Assembly: GCF_021869535.1 (NCBI RefSeq)
Contig: NW_026262581.1
Location: 17,670,001 to 17,734,000 of the forward strand
Source: Mytilus californianus
Taxonomy: Eukaryota
Length of the DNA: 64,000 nucleotides
Direction of reading: 5' to 3'
The notes beneath the pieces are model-generated. The model worked only from the letters and a program-made list of their open reading frames with translations. It did no database searches and was not told where the DNA came from. Below, piece by piece: positions 12,801-27,900 of the stretch (position 1 is its first letter; each line of letters starts with the position of its first letter). Both the position numbers and the translations under genes were made by a program.

Positions 12801-15800
12801 ATTGTAGTATATATATATATGTGTTGTGGAGCTACTGATCTACTCGCACAGAAAAATCTTTCAGAGACCTGTTGATTCATCATTATTCATTGGGTACCAA
12901 TTTATGTGGATTTTGTTGGTAAAAGTGAACCTCAAATTTAAATGTTCAACGAAGTTCAAATTTTCTATAGGCTTGTATGCAGACTGGCAAAACCTCAAAA
13001 TCAAATATACAAGACAATATAATTATTCCTCAATCCATACAGGTACCCACGTATATGGTTGTTGGTTGCTCAACATCCAGTGGCACCAACATATATAAAT
13101 GAACCCACAGTATATCAAAGACAATGACTCACTTGGAACAGACAAACAAACATGCAGCTGGATTTAACAAATTCATGCAAATCTTTTAACAAGGAAAAAA
13201 GACATAACAAATAAGTATTTATTAGTACTACAAATATTTGTATAAAAATAATTTCAAATAAATACATTTATATACAGTATTTTCTGTAAAAGAGGAATAT
13301 GTAAACAAATTTTCTTTTGTACTAAGCGTTGTGATGTTTCTAAATAAATCATAAGTAATTTAGTTAGGTTTGCTTTATACATAAAATTGTGTTTTATATT
13401 GTTCCTTTCAAAGTATTTAGTACAAAGTATGATTATACACCATTCTATTTTTCTCCACCAAAAAACTTCAGATTTAAAAGCATAAAACATTTTGATTGGT
13501 ATTTCATCCTTCTTTATTCAATGTGAAAAAAAATGCCAAAAAAAGTTGGTTTATGAAATGACCCGTAAGTCACATAAAAACAGAATGCAGGAAAACATGT
13601 AAAATATATCACCCTGTTAAAATAATAAAAAGAATAATATCACATAGCAGTATATTGTTTGTGTCATAAGATTAAAGGCAATATTCTTTATGCTGTACAG
13701 ATCTTGCATATACGAATATATAAATGAGAAATGTATCCATTGATACAGATCAAAGTACTGTCAAAACCTCAAGGACAAATATTTAATCATTAAAAACAGG
13801 ATTTAATGTTGTCAATAATATTTGAAAATTTCACCTTAAATTCTTTTAAAAAAAAGCCACTTGGAACATCAAATGTATGGCATAGATTCATAGAACAATG
13901 AAAGTTTGTATATAGAAAATGTTCCCGTGTTAAGATTCCTGAATAACTCAGATTTTACTCCTTACAAATGTGGATTTTCATATATTTACATCATTTCTTA
14001 ATAAAAAATAAATAAGGCAAAAGTGTATCAGCACTAGTCAACAATTGGAGTTATTCAATATCTACAAAGTAATATCTTTCTACCATATAACATCAAACAA
14101 ATGAAAAATGAAGATCTTAAAGAATGCACATGTGGTTCAAGCATACACCCACTCGTAACTCGAAGTATGTGAAAATAGGACAAAGGTGTCGGAAAGATCT
14201 AATAAGCTCTCACATGTTACTACATATATGAAGTCAATCTGTTTAGAAAACATATTAAAAAATTCAAACTATCTGCAAACAGGAAAGTGGTGTCCGGCAA
14301 TTGCTCACAAAATACAATTCATCACTGTTAAGCTGCTGACTAAATATGGAAATATTCTTATCAGTGGTACCAGAGAAATGTGGAATATTTGTTGAACGAA
14401 AGGATGTATGGACAGACATGGTGTTTGCAATAAAGCCTCAATCCCATAGTGGGGTATAATAAGGCCAAAAGAAAACCATTCTGTTTCTTCTGATCAAACT
14501 TACTTTTTATTGCCATTTCCAAAAAAGAAAAAAAAGAGATCTGTTTATTGTATCTGATTTGAAGGACAAGAACATCAAAATAGAGGGACTTACATTGTTT
14601 GTCAATAAAATTGTCATCCTTTTTCATTTTTTTTTCTGTGGCCTAACAGTAAATAAATTTGCATGGTTTTCTGTGAGACAAGCTCTTAAATGATAAAACA
14701 TCTGATATATACTACATATACACTGTAATTCACATCTTCATAGTTCAATCTCAACATATTTAAAACGAACTGAAATGGAATGTATATTGACAAGCACACT
14801 CAAAATGATACTCATACAAAAATAAGGAGAAATGGTATGATCATCAATGAGACAAATACCGACTTAAGTCAAAATTATGTGGATGAAATCAATTATAGGT
14901 AACCATATTTTCCAAAACACATAACTGATGATAAATTCTCTAGATGATTTGAGTTCAATATAAAAGAGAGAATGCTGGTGATTTTGATTAAATTCATAAA
15001 AAAGAAAAAATCTGACAAATTCACATATTTTGACACAAGCTTTAATGGGAAAGAAGGAATAGAGGGTAAATTATTTCATGACATAAAATGCCTACACACA
15101 TTTTACAAAACCAAAAGTAAAACCTCCAGAATTATATTGCAGTTCTTCATCTCAAAGTCACAATTAGGACTTTCTGCTCATAGTTAAATATTTACTAAAT
15201 AAAAAGTATATGACAAAAATAATGGAGCAATATTGTTTGTTTACCCATTTAAGTAAATAATATTGACAGTCATAATGGCTGGACAAAATGTTTTAAGGAA
15301 TCAACATAGATGGTTCATTCTAAGTTTAAACTTTGGTCTAAATTGGACCTGTGTTTTCAGAGATTTTTAAAATATTTTAAACTGTCCATTGGTACATACT
15401 TTGGAACAGATTGATTGATTGATTGATTGGTGTTTGTTTTATGTCACCTGAGCACCTTTGGGACAGATGGACAGACGGATGTTGGAACATTTTCTGAAAG
15501 CAAGGTGAGCCAGTAGGGTTTAAATATAATTGTTCATGTCTACATGTTTATGGCCATCTCAAAATGATACAATTATTAGGTAAAAAATGATTCCATTCCA
15601 TCCTATCATTCGTAATAGTTCGTAACAGACATGTAACAGACATGTAACAAACCATGCAACAACAATCATGTCTACTTCCAAATATAATGTCAAATCTTTC
15701 AACATACTCTTAATGTAATAAATGATGCAATGATCAATGACGGAACTAAATGAGTAATGTCTATCGTTCACATGTTAAATGTGTCTATTACAATGATGGA

Positions 15801-15842
15801 ACTGGATGAGAAATGTATATCCTTTACATGTTTATGTGTTTA

Positions 15843-15987
15843 TTACAAAGAGACTTTTTGAAATTCTTGACGTCCTTCATAGGCATTATTTTCATAAGCT
15901 GCTGGGTCACTGAAATGTTCCTGATCATAGGAATTATTTTTCTTCACATTGTGTTCTCTTTGAACTAAATCCTCTCTCTTTCTGTGT
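15843..15987 (-). CDS. exon E38: terminal exon, cytoplasmic tail
   Basis: atttcag|(R)HRKREDLVQREHNVKKNNSYDQEHFSDPAAYENNAYEGRQEFQKVSL*, phase-2 compatible with E37. Confidence 0.85.
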
Positions 15988-18900
15988 CTGAAATATATAT
16001 AAACAACATATAAAACTTATTTTACCAAATTAAACACTTTACCTTAAAATTTTAATTACATTCATGTGTTTATCATGCACTTTTTTTAATTTTTAAAATA
16101 ATTTCACATTTTATATCAATGTGAGATGTGTACAATTATCCAGGCTTTCAAATACAGAGGTAAAACTCAAGAAAATACAAACTTTCTGATGCAGAGATAA
16201 AACAAAATAATCAACCCATAATTCTTCATGTTTTTTTGATTGAGTGATTGTTAGGGCTTAACACCACTTTCAGCTCTCTTTTTTTGCTATATCTTGTGGC
16301 CATTTTTAATATAAGAGGAATGTAGTCTCTCATGTTTCTGAAAATGGACATAAATATTACTCTACCATTAAACGTAGATTATTATATAAGTAACCTTAAT
16401 TTTTTTAACATATAGATATATATATATACAAGTCTAATTGAAAACATCATTCAAACCTATGATTGCATTGGATAAAAACCGCAATTTTTATACGTGTGCA
16501 TGCAAAACAAATTTCTTGGTAAAGGGGTCTAAATACAGCAAAAACAACATTTTCTGAAGGCAAGGTGAGCCAGTAGGGTTTAAATATAATTGTTCATGTC
16601 TACATGTATATGGCCATCTCAAAATGATACAATTATTAGGTAAAAAATGATTCCAACAATGAAAACAACATATATATATGGTTTAGAGTGTGTTTCATAG
16701 ATATGATTATGTACAATTACAGCTAAATATAACTGATATAATATTTTAAGCATTATTAATAATGGAATATCATTATAATAAAATAGCATACAATATAAAA
16801 TTGAGAATGGAAATGGGGAATGTGTCAAAGAGACAACAACCCGACCAAAGAGCAGAAAACAGCCGAAGGCCACCAATGGGTCTTCAACACAGCGAGAAAA
16901 TCCCCACCCTGAGGCGGGCTTCAGCTGGCCCCTAAACAACTAGAGGCTATAAAGAGCCTGTGTCGCTCACCTTGGTCTATGTGCATATTAAACAAAGGAC
17001 ACAGATGGATTCATGACAAAATTTACAAAAATTTACAAAATTTATGAAAATTGTAAAAAATTGACTATAAAGGGCAATAACTCCTTAAGGAGTCAACTGA
17101 CCATTTTGGTCATGTTGACTTATTTGTAGATCTTACTTTGCTGAACATTATTGCTGTTTACAGTTTATCCCTATTTATAATAATTTTCAAGATAATAACC
17201 AAAAACGGCAAAATTTCCTTAAAATTACCAATTCAGGGGCAGCAACCAAACAACGGGTTGTCAGATTCATCTGAAAATTTCATGGCAGATAGATCTTGAC
17301 CTGATGAACAATTTTACCCATGTCAGATTTGCTCTAAATGCTTTGGTTTCAGAGATATAAGCCAAAATCTACATTTTACCCCTATGTTCTATTTTTAGCC
17401 ATGGCAGCCATCTTGGTTGGTTGGCCAGGTCACCGGACACATTTTTAAAACTAGATACCCCAATGATGATTTAGCCAAGTTTGGTCAAGTTTGGCCCAGT
17501 AGTTTCAGAGGAGAAGATTTTTGTAAAAGTTTACGGACGACGGACGCCAAGTGATGAGAAAAGCTCACTTGGCCCTTTGGGCCAGGTGAGCTAAAAATGT
17601 GTACTAGTTCAATGAAAATGGACGTCACACGCTAAACTTTAAAACATATAAATGAACTAAAATTAAAAAACATACAAAACTAACAAAGGCCGAGGCTCCT
17701 GACTTGGGACAGGCCCAAAATGTGGCGGGGTTAAACATGTTTTGTGAGATCTTAACCCTCCCCCTATACCTTTAGCCAATGTAAAATAAACAAACACATA
17801 GCAATGCACACAGTAAAACTCAGTTTAAAAGAAGTCGATGTCCGATGTCAGAATAGGTAACAAAAGAAACTAAGCAAAATGACAATAATACAAAAATTAA
17901 CAGAGGACTAGTTTAGTATAGTTAACCTTTATTACTATGAATTCTAAAATAGCATTTAATTTTATATCTTATAGGGTAAATTCTGCATGACTCATTGTAA
18001 ACAACTATTTAAAGTTAAAAATAGCAGCACAGCTTCTCGTAATCTTTTAAAAAGCCAATAAGGATGCTGTCCAAAAATGTTCATCAAATCGACAAAAAAA
18101 AAAAAAAAAAAAAATATTTTCCTGTTTATAGACATAGTAGTTGCAAAGTAAGATCTATAACTTAACTTCCACCTAAGTAATTCATGCCATTAATGTAGGT
18201 TAAAATGATCAAACTGTTCAAGGAACTTTAATTACATCTCTTTTTTTTTATCTTTACTAAATGTTACTGAGAACTTGAATGTATATATATTAAAGAAGAA
18301 TCTATACATCATCCCCTAACTACATCACCCAGTGGGATAACAAACTGATTTGTAGACAGAGCATGTGATATTTTAGGACAAGGGATTATAAATACAACAG
18401 GAGAGACCAACATTTTGCTACATCTGTTCAATTCCAAATATCTAGCAAAGAATTAAAACTTTTTGTCACCTCCAAAAAATTTGTTTTCAATTAGAAAACT
18501 AACTAATATAATAGCAAGTTTTTTTTAACATTCTACTTAATAACTTAATTTTCTAAGTCAGATAGATGTAATTAACTTCTTTTTTTGTATTTTGGAAAAA
18601 ACCACTGACACTACAATCTATAATTCTTCATCACAAGCAGAAAGAAAAGCACGAATACAGGCAAGCATGCAAGTCTACTGCAACCCTACATGATGCCCAT
18701 CAGATGACTTTCTAATAAAACTTAAAATCCACTGATTTTAAAGAAAATAACATCATAAATAACTATATTGCTTTGGAAAATATTTCGTGTTAACAAATAA
18801 TATGATCACCATACAGTTTGCAAAAATAATCAATCCATTTCAAAATGCTTTTTATAAATATATTTGAATCATTTTCAAGTTCTCAAAAGTAGATCTCAAA

Positions 18901-21900
18901 TATTTTGCTAAATTTGTTGAATTTTAAAAACAGTTACCATCCACCAGATTGCAAAGGATGTAGATATAAGCAATGTTTGTTTTGATTACCTGGGCATCCA
19001 GATTCACATTTATTGTTTTTTTCTCAATAACTACAATCTTTGAAAACATTCAAATGCAATACAGTCATCCCTTAAGTAAAAATCATGCAACTACATGCTA
19101 AAATCATATGTTAATGAAATGCTCTACACATTAGATATCAAATATATTTCAATGATAAATGGTTTTTACTTGACATTTGTAACTTTTCAACTTCATATTT
19201 CTTTTCCAACCTACAAGAAAATGTAACCTCTTGATTCTAGTATAATATAAAATCTTGGTTTTCTTATAGTTTGTGCTTTTAATTTTTTTTGGCACTATTT
19301 GAAATTGTCTTTGAATCCTAGAACAATAAATTCTGTCTCCAATTCCAATTATATCATGAAGTTGCATATATTGTCCAATTTCTAAGTGCAGACTGGAACA
19401 GTATTCAACAGACTATATAAAAAAAAGCTCTACTTTGCAAAGCTTAATCTGATTGATAAATCTTTATACTTAAACGAAAGAGGCTCACAAGAGCCTGAAT
19501 CGCTCTCATTTTGATGTTTATTTTCTCCTCTATTGCAATCAGTTATGTTTGCTTATGAATCAAATCCCAGGACACAATTTTTAACCCAGTTACCCTTGGG
19601 AAAATTCAGCTTAAGTTTTGTAACATTTAATTGGCCCAGTAGTTTCAGAGATGAATATTTTTTAAAATGCCAATGATGACCAAGTGATGGCAAAATCTCA
19701 CATAGCCTTTTAGACCAGGTCTATTATATTTTTCAAAATTACTAGGTGCAATTTGCAATGTACTTTGTGCAACATGATATCTAACTTAGCAATCCAGATA
19801 TAGTAAATATTATTTAGACTGAACATAGTGCTTAAAAACATTGTGTTGTAAAAATATCATCACTGTGCTTTAATGGGGTACATAATTTTTTATGTACTTC
19901 TTATTACAATTATAGAACAATGGCAATAAAAATGCAGCACAGATTTAATTTCACCACAAGCAAAATGAAAGTACTTGACCTTTGACTTTTGACTTTCAGA
20001 CAGACATTTAAAGACTACTTTAACGTTTCAATTTCAGTTATTTCCATTATATGTTGTTTAAGAAATAGTGATGCGCATTACTTCAAATATCTTTTTTTTC
20101 TATTTGAACGTTGAAAGGTAAAGATCTAGCATTCAGATCCTTCATGAAATAAATTTTGATTCTGTGCTGAGCTTTTCTTTCTTTGCCATTGGTTTATTAA
20201 AATAGAGGGATATACATACAAATGTCCCGCCATTTAAACATAGTGATTATGAGTGTTAACAGATAAAGCAGTGATTGCAAAAATGGGAATAGGAGCATTA
20301 TATATATATATAGACTATCTTCAAACCTTCACTTACTCAAAGGTATAAAATATAAAGTGATGTAATACTGACCTTCTCTTATGTATAACACAACAGATTA
20401 TAGTAATAACTATTATGGCAGCTAATACTCCTAAAACTATAGCTAGGGGTAATGTCCATTTCTGTAAAGAAATTTATAAAAAAAAAACCAATGTAAAGTG
20501 TCCATTGGATATCTGATCCTTCTGCCTATCTGTAGAGAACAATTAATTCCTGTAATTCAGGGGGTTGCGGTTGGTTTATGTCTAATATTTATTTTTCATT
20601 TTTGTTTTATCATAAATCAGTTCATCAGTTTTCATGTTTGAATTGTTTTACATTTTGTCATTTTGGTCCTTTTATAGCTAACTATATGGTACCAGTTTTG
20701 CTCCTTGTTGAAAGCTGTACAATGACCTATAATCATCCATTTCATTTGGTATATGGTGGAGAGTTCGTCTCATTGGCATCTGTTTGCTTTTACATTTTAA
20801 ACATACAGTAAACGAAACATTAATGAGATCTCCTAACTAGCTTCAAATTATATTATTTACTTCATCCATTATGTAATGTATACACAATTTTGGGCCATTT
20901 TGATGAATAAAAATGAAGAATATTAACTAGAGATGTGACACCGATAGATTTGTATTTTTTAAATAAATGAATTCTAGTTTTTCTAATTACCTTATAAATG
21001 GTCGATTTTACCTTTCCGATATTTGATATCTGAAGTTGAATAAATATAAATTATTTTCTTCATGGATAAATGGGATACCCAGAAGTGCTTACCTTATCAT
21101 CATCATCCTCTTTTGGTGCTCTAGAATGTAAAGTTTTACCAGCTGTTGCTAGAGACTGTTGTAGTTGTGCTGTAGAGGGAGAGTTTAGGTCTTCTACATT
21201 GTCACCCTTAAGTCCTACTCTATAATTTACTTCAGAGACTGGATTTCTACAATCGTAAATCAATAACTGCATGAAAACATGCTACCATAAAATAAAATGA
21301 CTCTCAAGAAAAATGTAAAGACAACAATGGATAATAATCAGGAAAACTTTAATCTTCTTTTTTAAGATTATGAAGTTATCCATTTTGTTATCAGAATTTA
21401 ACTTTTAAGAGTTGCTAAACTAAGAAAGCAGATAAGGTGGTTTGCTGGATTATTTTCTCAGTTGTAAGCAATTCCTTACCCATCTTTGTCTTTAGCTTTA
21501 TTGTTAATACCAGTGACAGTCACATCTAAGTCTGGTTTGGTTACATCTGTAAGGAGAAGAGAAAAGTATAGAGAAACATTTATTTTTATGTAAGTCTCAA
21601 TAAAAGTTTTCAATAGTCATTTGTTTTTTAAAAAGTAATATATCATAAAAATTAATTGCATATTTTTAATGAAAACATATCAAATTTAAAACTAAAAGAT
21701 CTGTGAGCTTAACTCTGCTCACAATCATATTCCTGCTCCCCATTTATACATTTATTGCAAAGTCTATGCTTTGCTGTGTAAAACTGCACAAGAGTGCACA
21801 TGCTGAAATGTCTCGCCTTCTTTACTAACCATTGATTTTATGTTGATAGTCCTAAATACAAAGCTTTACTACAAGTAACACATAAACTTAACATGATCCA

Positions 21901-24900
21901 AGAAAACGAGGTCAAGGTCAGATAAACTAAACGAGAAATACATGTACACCTTACAATCATTCAATAAACCAAACATAGTTGACCTATTGCTTATTGTTTC
22001 TAAGAAACAGTATTAAACAAGAAAACTTACCATTGACCAATGAACCATGAAAATGAGGTCAAGGTCAGATGAACCATGCCAGACAGACATGTACACCTTA
22101 CAATCAATTTAGGCATTAAATATAGTTGACCTATTGCTTATAGTATCTAAGAAACAAACTTAACCATGAAAACTTAACATTGACCAATGAACCATGAAAA
22201 TGAGGTCAAGGTCAGATGATACCTGCCTGACAGACATATACACCTTACAATCCTTCCATACATCAAATAGGGTTGATCTATTGCTTATAGTTGAAGAAAA
22301 ACAGACCAAAACACAAAAACTTAACACTGAGAAATGAACTGTGAAAATGAGGTGAAGGTCAAATAAAAACTGTGAGACTGACATGTACATCATAAAATAT
22401 TTCCATACACCATTTATAGTTGACCTATTGCATATAGTATTAGAAAAAAAGACCAAAACTCAAAAACTTAACTTTGACCACTGAACCATGAAAATGAGGT
22501 CAAGGTCAGATGACACCTACCAGTTGGACATGTACACCTTACAATCATTCCATATACCAAATATAGTAGACCTACTGCTTATAGTATCTGATATATGGAC
22601 TTGACCACGAAAGCTTAACCTTGTTCACTGATCCATGAAATGAGGTCGAGGTCATATGAAAATTGTCTGACGGGCATGAGGACCTTGCAAGGTACACACA
22701 TACTAAATATAGTTATCCTATTACTCATAATAAGAAAGAAATTAACATTACAAAAAATGTTGACTTTTTTTCCAAGTAGTCACTGAACCATGAAAATGAG
22801 GTCAAGGACAATGGACATATGACAGACGGAAACTTTGTAACAAGGCATCTATATACAAAGTATGAAGCATCCAGGTCTTCTAGCTTCTAAAATATAAAGC
22901 TTTTAAGAAGTTAGCTAACGCCGCTGACGCCGGATCACTATCCCTATGTCAAGCTTTCTGCGATAAAAGTCGCAGGCTCGACAAAAAACCAGTCAAATAG
23001 GAAAACTGAATAGAAGATGCCCAATGGCATTTGTAATACAGGTTCAATATTCCAAAACGATTGTATTGCCTGTACAAGTCCGAAAATATAAATTATATTT
23101 CAAGTCTGGTTGTGCCAAGCCCGAAATAATGTAGGTTTGCCATTTAAACATAATACAGAAAAAAAATTGAAGAATATGCAATCTTTTTAACCTGACATTT
23201 TGCCAGCCAAGCGTTTCCGGTCATACAAGTGACATGATGAATTAGTACTACAAAAAAAGGCCTACTTTTATCCCCTCATTACAATCAAGGTTAATTAGTT
23301 GTCTGACAGTTGAAATTTACCTGTTTAGGCAACACGTATCTGTCTCAGGTCCCTGTTTTACCTTTGTCAAGCCAACATCCATTATTAGGATAATTTGCTT
23401 TTTAAAAACAAAAGTAAACTTTCTGACAGCGTGATTTTGCATGAATAAATAGTCTAAAGCAGATGTTATTAAGCATTTTGAATGATGCACTGTCAACGTA
23501 ACAGTTTACCTCAGAACATCAAATTTACATCAAAAGTCTAAAGTTTAATATCATTTTTGTCAATCATTGTTATGATACCCAAATTATTACCATGATTGCC
23601 TTTTGTAACTAAGTCTTACAGGATTAAAATCCAAATAAAAAAAAAATGTTCGGCTGGCTCAAATAGTTTTTGGAAGCCCTGTTGCAGAACCAAGATGTCT
23701 ACCCCTTTCGTCCGTATATTGCTATGAAAAACCTCTAAAAATCTTATGGACTGATAAATAAAATAGATGAAATATTCAGTTGGATACTAAAGATTCTGTA
23801 AAATTTGCGTTGAAAATCCAGTCAAGGAACAATTAGACAATCAATCAACTGAACACGTCAATAACTATATAATACTGTGTCAATATGTGGGAGGATAAAA
23901 AAAAACATTTAGTAACAAATTCCAGCAAGGCCTTTAGTAATTTAAAAATTCTATTGAACCAAAAAGTTGTCTTTTAAAATATTTACCAGGATTTTCTTTG
24001 ACAAATGCATCTTTGATGGCCTCTGCAATTTTTGGTTTATCTGCATTCTGTGTTTGACCGTCCAGTTGTAGAGATCCTGCCAGTTTGGGTTTACATAGAC
24101 AAGGTTCCGATCCTGCCTGTTTTAATGGTGTTTTTATGCGATTGTTACTTGGTATATTCAAAAATAATGATTGTGGTTCTTCATCTTCAACTGCCACTGT
24201 ATACTCCATAGGAGTTACTTCCCTTCTGTAAAGTTAAAAAATTCTTATTTAGTTGTCAGTTTTTTTCATCAAATGCTTCAGACAGTAGAATCATACCTAA
24301 TAAGTCTCCTGTCACACATAAGTTACTGAAATTCTGGATTAAGTCAAACTGAGAATAAGACAGATACAAAGGAAAGAATCTGAGAAAAACTGATTTCTGA
24401 ATTACAAAAAACATGAATACTGTTGTGATTCATTTATTTTTGTGGATTGAGGAAAAATTGAATTTTTGTGGATACTTGATTTCGAGATATTTCTGCATAC
24501 AAGCTTATAGAAAATTTGTACCTTGTTGAACATTTAAATTAGTGGATCACCTTTACCCACAAAATCAACAAAAATTGGTATCCAATGAATAATAATGAAT
24601 CAACAGTACATGTACATATATATATGGTAAATGTTAGAAAACCCTTGACTTGTTCTAGATATGTATGTTAGCTTGAAGTTACACTGTAAGACAACATAAT
24701 GGGGTCATATTCTCAAATCTACAGAACATGAGGAAAGGCCCTAAAATCCTTAGTCATGTCCTGACATTATGAATGCTGTATGGCACTAAAGCACTTATTA
24801 TATTCATTGTTATGTATTTCAAGTTAATCTAAATTATATGACTGGTATGTCTTGTGTAATCAAATGGGATAGTATTTATGGTTTTTGTCAAAATTCAAAC

Positions 24901-27900
24901 ATATTTATGCCTTTATTTTAGGAAACAAATTGGCTGCAGTTTTTCACCAAAGCCCAGTTTGACTGATAACTTTGTAAGTAAAGCTAAATTATTAATCCTC
25001 TAATGTATGCCCATGTTCAAGAGTATAAGGTTTATGTCACTTAAATGGAAATCGTTCAGATTTATATAACTAGTGGCTCTAAAGAGTCTGTGTCGCTCAC
25101 CTTGGTCTATGTGCATAATCAACAAAGGACACTCTCCAACATTGTAAACGAGAATAGACTTCATAACAAAAATCTCTGTTTTGTTGATCTTGTATTGCTG
25201 ATCTTTTAGTCTGTTTAGTTTCTCTCTATCTTCTTTAGTTTTTGCACAAAACACAAAAGAGGGTAAAAAAAATCCTAATTTAAGGGCAATCACTCCTAAA
25301 AAGAGTGACAGTCTACTAACTATATCTGCAAAATTTGACTTGTTAGTAGATCTTGCCTTGCTGATCATTTTTGTGATTTAAAGTGTCTACTTATCTATTA
25401 TAATTTTTATCATATAAGGCAAAACACAAAAAAAATGGTGAAAATCGTCATTAAAGGGCAACAACTCCAATAAAGAGTCATCAGACAATTTCCTCCCTAT
25501 GTCTTATTTGTAGATCTTGTCTTGCTGATCCTTTTTGCTTATTTCAGTTTCTATATATCTATTATAATTTTCAAGATACATGTATAAGGCAAAAAACACA
25601 AAAAATTGGTAAAAATTGTCATCAAAGGGCAATAACTCTACTAAGGAGACAACTGATGATTTCGACCATGTTAGACTTATTTGTAGAAATTGTCTTGCTG
25701 ATCATTTTTGCATTTTAAAGTTTCTCCCTATCCATTACAGTTTTCAAGATAATAGGCAAAAATGAAAAAAAAATGGTTTTGTCATTTACGGGCAATAACT
25801 CCTATAAGAAATCGTCTGACAGTTTTGGCGTATATGGACAATATTGGTAGAGCTCAACATTCTCAACGTTTTTGTTTCTGTCAGATTTTCTCTCTATTTA
25901 TAACGGTTTTCAAAATAATAGACAAAATTTGCATTTTACTCCTATGTTCTATTTTTAGCCATGTCAGCTATCTTGGTTGGCAGGCGGGAGCAACAGACAC
26001 ATTTTTAAAACTAGATACCCCAATGATGATTGTGGCCAAGTAGTTTCAGAGGAGAAGATTTTTGTAAAAGTTAACAGACGACGACGATGGACGACAAACG
26101 CCAAGTGATGAGAAAAGTGGTCATAAATTATGTTTTAGTTAGAAGTGAATAAATAAAGTGCCATTATTTTTTTTTTTGTCTATCAGACTTACAAAATATT
26201 TTTTGTGAAAAAAAAGATTCTTTAAATCACTATGTTGAAAATTCGTAATATCAATATTGACCTTTTGTGTTCTCAACATGTACATTCACAAGTTCTTGAA
26301 CTTAACACAGGAATGATAGCAGACATTACAGTGAAAATCAAAGGTCTATAATACTTTAGCATTCAGAAAACACTAGTTTCTAGGCTAATAATAGACAGAT
26401 AAAAATTATTCAAGACAAAGCATAGCATTAAATAAATAAGAAAGTAAATACCCATTTCCATCAACCAGTTTATGAGATGGCTGAGTAGCTCTCTTTTGTC
26501 TCCTGGACTGTTGTTTTACTCTAACCAATAATGATGTACTGGACAGTCCTGAAATAAACAAATTTTGCATTTGAAGTGCTGCCTTTCAAAATAATTGACT
26601 TCTTTTGCATGATAACTTTATGTTTCTGGACATAAATATTTGAAATGCAAAAGTTTAAAAAAAAAAATGTTCAAATGCTGCTTAATAATGAAAATAATAC
26701 AATAAATATTTAAATTTTGTAAACAAGTAAATCTTGAATATAGTTACAATATAAATAAGAAGATGTGGTATGAGTGCCAATGAGACAACTCTCCATCCAA
26801 GTCAAAATGTATAAAAAATACACTAGTAATATATGCTCATCTCTAGATGTGTTTTAGTATTTAGTGTTCTTAGGTTGCTGTATCACTGACATTTTACCCA
26901 ACACCTTATTTTTATTCATACTTTTATATGTTTTTACAGCAGTTGTTTTAACATCAATTTATATTTTTAGTTACTATCAACAAAGAGCTCCAGCACAAAC
27001 AGAAACCCAAATTTATAACACCTTCTATCATTCACATAATTCTAATTATCTTTATGACCCTAAACATTTGCTTACCTTTGTTGGCATCTTTCCACACTGT
27101 ACTAATAGCAGTTCTAACTCGAGTTGAGTTGATAGTTTTAGAGTATACATAATGTTTCTTCAGACTAGTAGCACTACAGCCACACTGTGTCAGGTTAACA
27201 TTTAGAGCACTGTATTTTGGAGGGTCAATGCCCTTTGATTCTGGGTCTGTATCATTGATACTAACAATGTATCTCACTTTTGTCACTATATTCCTATAAA
27301 ACAATACAAACAGTTTTCAAAATTAAACACCATTTACATGTTTTCTAATTATTTTTCTTCAAATTTGAAATGAAATAAGTACTTTTAGATAAATACATAA
27401 TTTTTATACTATATGTTTATTATAAATAGAAATATTTTTTTCTTGAAAAGATCTGTTAAAATTATTTCACATCTGAACAATATTCATGCCATAAGAATTT
27501 GACATGCTTGAATAGATGTTTTGCTATAAAAATTCATATCTCTTATTCAATAAAAGAATTTGAACTTGCAACTCCCTCCCTCCAAAAAAAAACTTTCTCT
27601 TAGATGGTATTGGCTATTCTGTTCAGGTCTTTGATTTTGATTCTCTCAACTGTTTCATTCAAATTAGTATCATACATTTGTATTACAACAAATTAAGAAA
27701 AAAGTCATCTTTCTGCACCAGTAATAAGTGCATTGGATAATTGTATTATGCACATGAGTGGAGTGGCCCTAAAATCAAAAATGTAGTGGCACCTAGTAAG
27801 AGATGAAGAACGACTGATATTAGATTTAATGAATGACAGGATTTAAATAACTTACCAACTGACATCTACATATATGCTGGTATCAATCATTTTAACTACA

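Noticed and set aside
18675-18711. Possible alternative terminal exon (RKSSDGHHVGLQ*), with similar candidates near 19240 and 19410
   Set aside because: Phase-compatible AG plus a short ORF arises easily by chance in a 4.4-kb intron; no motif support, unlike E38.
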